Part shown: piece after piece, positions 45,738 through 48,754 of the stretch
Layout: each line of letters opens with the position of its first letter
Numbering within the stretch: position 1 is the first letter of the stretch
IMG/VR virus record: IMGVR_UViG_3300018073_000007
Span: 1 to 48,754 of that record
Length of the DNA: 48,754 nucleotides
Source of the DNA: a virus
Lineage: Duplodnaviria; Caudoviricetes
Strand: one strand, 5' to 3'
Notes under the pieces: generated by a model
What the model was told of the DNA's origin: nothing
The model's database searches: none
Seen by the model: the letters and a program-made list of their open reading frames with translations, nothing else
Made by a program: the position numbers and the translations under genes

Positions 45738-45928
45738 TGACCCACTTCTCCAACGACGGTCAGGTCACCCTGTGTGGCCTGGCCGTCGCCGGCATCATCC
45801 TCAAACAGCCACGCGAGCCTGAGTGCCGAGTGTGCAGCGATGCACACGCGGCCAATGGCTGGACCTTCCCACTCCCCGACAACGTTGTGTCGAATGACAC
45901 ACCCGACACCTCAGGTGGTCAGTCATGA
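45737..45928 (+). CDS. Small Cys/His protein
   Basis: H...TLCG...CRVC; coupled to neighbours. Confidence 0.6.
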   Translation: MTHFSNDGQVTLCGLAVAGIILKQPREPECRVCSDAHAANGWTFPLPDNVVSNDTPDTSGGQS

Positions 45929-46278
45929 GCGCCAGCCGGCTCTCCTACGTCATCAGCCATGAGGCGCACTACAAGAGCGTCGTCAAGGGCCGTGAAATCA
46001 ACGTCCACCGCGAGGCGCTGACCGAGGACGGCAAGCACGACGGCGTCTATTGGGAGTTCGGTTTCGAGTGGCACGACCTTCCCAGCCACGGTGACACCCC
46101 GCAGTTGAGGATGTTCGATGACTCCTGGGCGGCATTCGCAGAGGTGCCTGAACTGTTCGCCGCACTGGCCCGTCGTCACACGGCGGATGGCAACAACGTG
46201 AGCATGCCCCCGGCTGCTGTCGCAGCACTGCTCGACAGTCTCGGCTTCACCGACGTCACCCCGAGGGTGGAGTCATGA
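45925..46278 (+). CDS. Hypothetical protein
   Basis: EF..EW..L....P.L..FDDSW.A..LGF.D.T. Confidence 0.75.
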   Translation: MSASRLSYVISHEAHYKSVVKGREINVHREALTEDGKHDGVYWEFGFEWHDLPSHGDTPQLRMFDDSWAAFAEVPELFAALARRHTADGNNVSMPPAAVAALLDSLGFTDVTPRVES

Positions 46279-46541
46279 GCGTCACCATCGGCTACCGCAT
46301 CCAGGTCCGCAACAAGAGCGACGAGTGGGTCAGCTACAGCAGCGACGTGGCCTGCACCTACCCCACCCACGCCGAGGCGTCGGAGACGCTCACTCGCATC
46401 GTGGCCCGGGCCAAGCCAGGCGTCTACGACGGCCGGCTACGCATCCTCGAAATCAACGTGACCACGCGGGTGGTCGAGAGCGTACGGTCCACCACCAGTG
46501 TGTCACTTGACACAACCGACACCTCAGGAGGGGCGTCATGA
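46275..46541 (+). CDS. Hypothetical protein
   Basis: ATGA overlaps at both ends. Confidence 0.7.
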   Translation: MSVTIGYRIQVRNKSDEWVSYSSDVACTYPTHAEASETLTRIVARAKPGVYDGRLRILEINVTTRVVESVRSTTSVSLDTTDTSGGAS

Positions 46542-47203
46542 CCACCACCACTACCAAGGCACCAACGGCGATGAACCGCATGGAGCGCCTGGCCTACCGA
46601 GGCCCGGAGTTCGATCAGGACGGCGTGCTCGTCCAGCGCTTCACGGTCGGCGGCGAGAACGAGTCGTTCGGAGCGTTCCTCGCCAACCTGCAGTACGCGG
46701 CGCACGGCCGGCCCTGCAACCCTGGTGAGTACGCCAAGCTGATCGTGGACGACACGCTCTGGATGAGCGACACCACGGCCGAGCGCCACGACCACCTGTT
46801 GGCCGTCGCTGCTGCCGACCTGTACGGCACCAACCTGGTCAACACCACCGGCCTGGTCAACGGGCTGGGCATGGGGTGCGTGGTCGGAGCCTTCCTGGAC
46901 GTGCTCTCGCACGTTGACGTGGTCGAACAGGACCAGCGCATCATCGACACCATCGGTGCGTGGTTCGTGCAGGAGTACGGCGATCGCATCACCATCCACC
47001 AGGGTGACGCCTACACCATCAAGTGGCCCAAGGGCCAGAAGTGGAACGTCGTCTGGCACGACATCTGGCCGAGCATCAGCGCCGACAACCTCCCCGAGAT
47101 GACCACGCTGCACCGTCGCTACGGCGGGCGCAGCCAGTGGCAGGGTTCGTGGTGCCAGCGTGAGTGCCGGCGTCATCGCGACCGGCCGATGTGGGGGTGG
47201 TGA
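46538..47203 (+). CDS. Class I SAM-dependent methyltransferase-like (spermidine synthase-like fold)
   Basis: WMSDT..E, GLGMG, VDVVE, GDA and WHDIW. Confidence 0.8.
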   Translation: MTTTTTKAPTAMNRMERLAYRGPEFDQDGVLVQRFTVGGENESFGAFLANLQYAAHGRPCNPGEYAKLIVDDTLWMSDTTAERHDHLLAVAAADLYGTNLVNTTGLVNGLGMGCVVGAFLDVLSHVDVVEQDQRIIDTIGAWFVQEYGDRITIHQGDAYTIKWPKGQKWNVVWHDIWPSISADNLPEMTTLHRRYGGRSQWQGSWCQRECRRHRDRPMWGW

Positions 47204-47205
47204 CG

Positions 47206-47475
47206 ATGAGCTACCGCTGCAACGAGTGCGACACCATCCACGCCACGATGTACGAGGCCAGTCAGTGCCATTGGGGCATCGGCGGCGTGGTCGAGTTCGA
47301 CCCCCGCAACAACCCCGAGGACGCCTACCTGGCGTTCATGGGCATGGGTGAGAGCGAGTGGCAAGGGCTGCTCCGCTCACTGCTCAGTGGTGGCGTGCTG
47401 CAGCCGGCCGAGCAGATCGGGTTCGAACGGGCGCTCCTTGGCCCGGATAGTAGAGATGCGAGGGACAGGACATGA
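47206..47475 (+). CDS. Hypothetical protein (CxxC)
   Basis: YRCNEC...CH. Confidence 0.6.
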   Translation: MSYRCNECDTIHATMYEASQCHWGIGGVVEFDPRNNPEDAYLAFMGMGESEWQGLLRSLLSGGVLQPAEQIGFERALLGPDSRDARDRT

Positions 47476-47630
47476 GCAGCGCAGTCGAATACGTGGTCCA
47501 GTTCGATGAGAACGTCAGCCAAGACTTCCCCTGGCTGGTCGTTCTGGACGGCGTGGTCATAGACCGATATGCCTACGAGGACGAGGCCCAGGAGGCCTGC
47601 GACCGCTTCAACATGCTGGGTGAGCCGTGA
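47472..47630 (+). CDS. 52-aa acidic protein (not in ORF track)
   Basis: MSSAVEYVVQFD...LGEP; ATGA overlap. Confidence 0.6.
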   Translation: MSSAVEYVVQFDENVSQDFPWLVVLDGVVIDRYAYEDEAQEACDRFNMLGEP

Positions 47631-47695
47631 TGTGGCTCGGCATCGGGTGCATGGCGTTCATCGTGGTCTGCTTCGTATCGGTGGTGCGGCGATGA
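47630..47695 (+). CDS. 21-aa hydrophobic peptide (not in ORF track)
   Basis: MWLGIGCMAFIVVCFVSVVRR; coupled at both ends. Confidence 0.5.
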   Translation: MWLGIGCMAFIVVCFVSVVRR

Positions 47696-47853
47696 GCGTC
47701 TACGAGGACGGGTACAACGCTGGCGTGCTTCGCAGCGAGGACGACACCTATGACGTTCGCTGGGACTTCGCTGACGCTGCCAAGGCCGGCGTGTTCGCTG
47801 AGTTCAAGCGAGGGTTCGATGACGGGTTCGATGGAAGGGAGCCGCAGCCATGA
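47692..47853 (+). CDS. Small acidic protein
   Basis: YEDGY..G and F.RGFDDGF; coupled. Confidence 0.6.
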   Translation: MSVYEDGYNAGVLRSEDDTYDVRWDFADAAKAGVFAEFKRGFDDGFDGREPQP

Positions 47854-48098
47854 TGAGCGAGTGCGACTGCGAGTGGCAGACCGTGCGACCGGACGAGGAC
47901 CAGACTGTCGTCTGGCACCACGTCTGCTCACGGGTGGCCGGCCATCGTGAGGCCCATATCTGCCTATGCGGTGAGACGTGGCCTCCGGTCGGCACCAGTA
48001 CGGAGGGCCGTGACTGGCTCCGTTCGATGCTCTCGCAGTTCCGCCTGGTGACCGATGACACACCCGACACCTCAGGAGAGAACGATGCCCAGGCGTAA
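47853..48098 (+). CDS. Small Cys/His protein
   Basis: HVC....H...HICLCG. Confidence 0.6.
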   Translation: MSECDCEWQTVRPDEDQTVVWHHVCSRVAGHREAHICLCGETWPPVGTSTEGRDWLRSMLSQFRLVTDDTPDTSGENDAQA

Positions 48099-48285
48099 GA
48101 CGCAGCACTGGTACAGCCGGCGCACCGCCAACGATGCGCCGGCACACGTCAACGACATGGCGGCGACGCTGGAATCAGCGTGGGCCGATGGCTACAACAG
48201 CGCTGTCCAGGCCTACATGGACGAGGTGCGCGAGGTCATGCGTGCCGAGGGCGTGGACGTGGACGGCTCATGGATGACGCGATGA
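48085..48285 (+). CDS. Hypothetical protein
   Basis: AGGAG SD supplied by the repeat. Confidence 0.6.
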   Translation: MPRRKTQHWYSRRTANDAPAHVNDMAATLESAWADGYNSAVQAYMDEVREVMRAEGVDVDGSWMTR

Positions 48286-48551
48286 CAGCCGGAGAAGCGC
48301 TGACTGAGCGTGGCGCATATTGGGGCATGCGGTGCTTCAACGCTCTCAGCAAGGAGCAGCAGCGCTTCCTGGTGATGGAGGGCTATGTGCCTATCGGACA
48401 GGTGCCGGCCGGCACCTGTCCCAACCCGGCCGAGCTAGAGGTCACCACGATGTACGACCTGATGCCCGGGCCGCGCTTCTACTGCCTGGCCTGCGCCGTG
48501 GAGCACTTGCGGACTCTGGACGTCGAGGGCGAGTACGAATCCCTCACCTGA
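48282..48551 (+). CDS. Hypothetical protein (Cys motifs)
   Basis: ATGA overlap; YCLAC. Confidence 0.6.
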   Translation: MTAGEALTERGAYWGMRCFNALSKEQQRFLVMEGYVPIGQVPAGTCPNPAELEVTTMYDLMPGPRFYCLACAVEHLRTLDVEGEYESLT

Positions 48552-48553
48552 CG

Positions 48554-48582
48554 TTGCACGTTTGTGCCCACTGGTGTACGCT
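48554..48582 (+). promoter_or_regulatory. SigA-type promoter
   Basis: TTGCAC-17 nt-TACGCT. Confidence 0.65.
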
Positions 48583-48625
48583 GAGTATCACACCGGGCGA
48601 CACGCCCACGAACAAAGGACCAACA

Positions 48626-48754
48626 ATGAGCCAGCGAGAGATGGACCCCCAGGAGACACGCCGGCAGATCGGCATGATGAACGTCCTGGCGATCAGCGGT
48701 GGACGGGTGGTGCTCGACACGCCCGAGGGTGAGCGGTACGCCGACATTCTGCTC
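48626..48754 (+). CDS. Hypothetical protein, runs off window
   Basis: AAAGGA SD; MSQREM..QIGMMNVLAISGGRV. Confidence 0.7.
   Translation, partial: MSQREMDPQETRRQIGMMNVLAISGGRVVLDTPEGERYADILL

Larger units (their letters stand above)
43541..48077 (+). repeat. Dispersed ~30-bp repeat GTGTC-N4-GACACA-N2-CGACACCTCAGG, 4 copies
   Basis: Copies start at 43541, 45887, 46500 and 48048. Confidence 0.8.

Noticed and set aside
1-48754. Prophage junction, integrase, intron/intein, reverse transcriptase or diversity-generating retroelement
   Set aside because: No such motifs recognised; PolA, DnaB and RecA appear uninterrupted.

Overview
A 48.7-kb segment of a GC-rich (roughly two-thirds G+C, by eye) tailed dsDNA phage genome, most likely a large actinobacterial myovirus-type phage. 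This is inferred from gene content, codon usage, SigA-like promoters and leaderless genes. Order: end of a baseplate/tail module (1-3.3 kb); small accessory transcription units (3.4-6.9 kb); a replication/recombination operon with HTH initiator, DnaB, primase, SNF2 helicase, gp32-like SSB, PolA, RecA, two resolvases, Cas4-like nuclease and SpoVS (7-23 kb); fibre genes (23-27 kb); Gly/Pro-rich and conserved hypothetical genes around an M15 endolysin cassette (27-40 kb); a divergent vWA/MoxR-type AAA+ pair, Ku, a methyltransferase and many small genes (41-48.7 kb). I saw no capsid, terminase, integrase, tRNA or CRISPR array. The most unusual signals are at DNA/RNA level: a strand-polarised TTGGAAC motif clustered at 27-40 kb, a recurrent SATATS-NN-SATATS site, a palindrome+SD repeat at small-gene boundaries, three promoter-associated structured RNA candidates, and apparent near-cognate start codons including in polA. 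All counts were made by eye and family calls come from motif recognition, not database searches.
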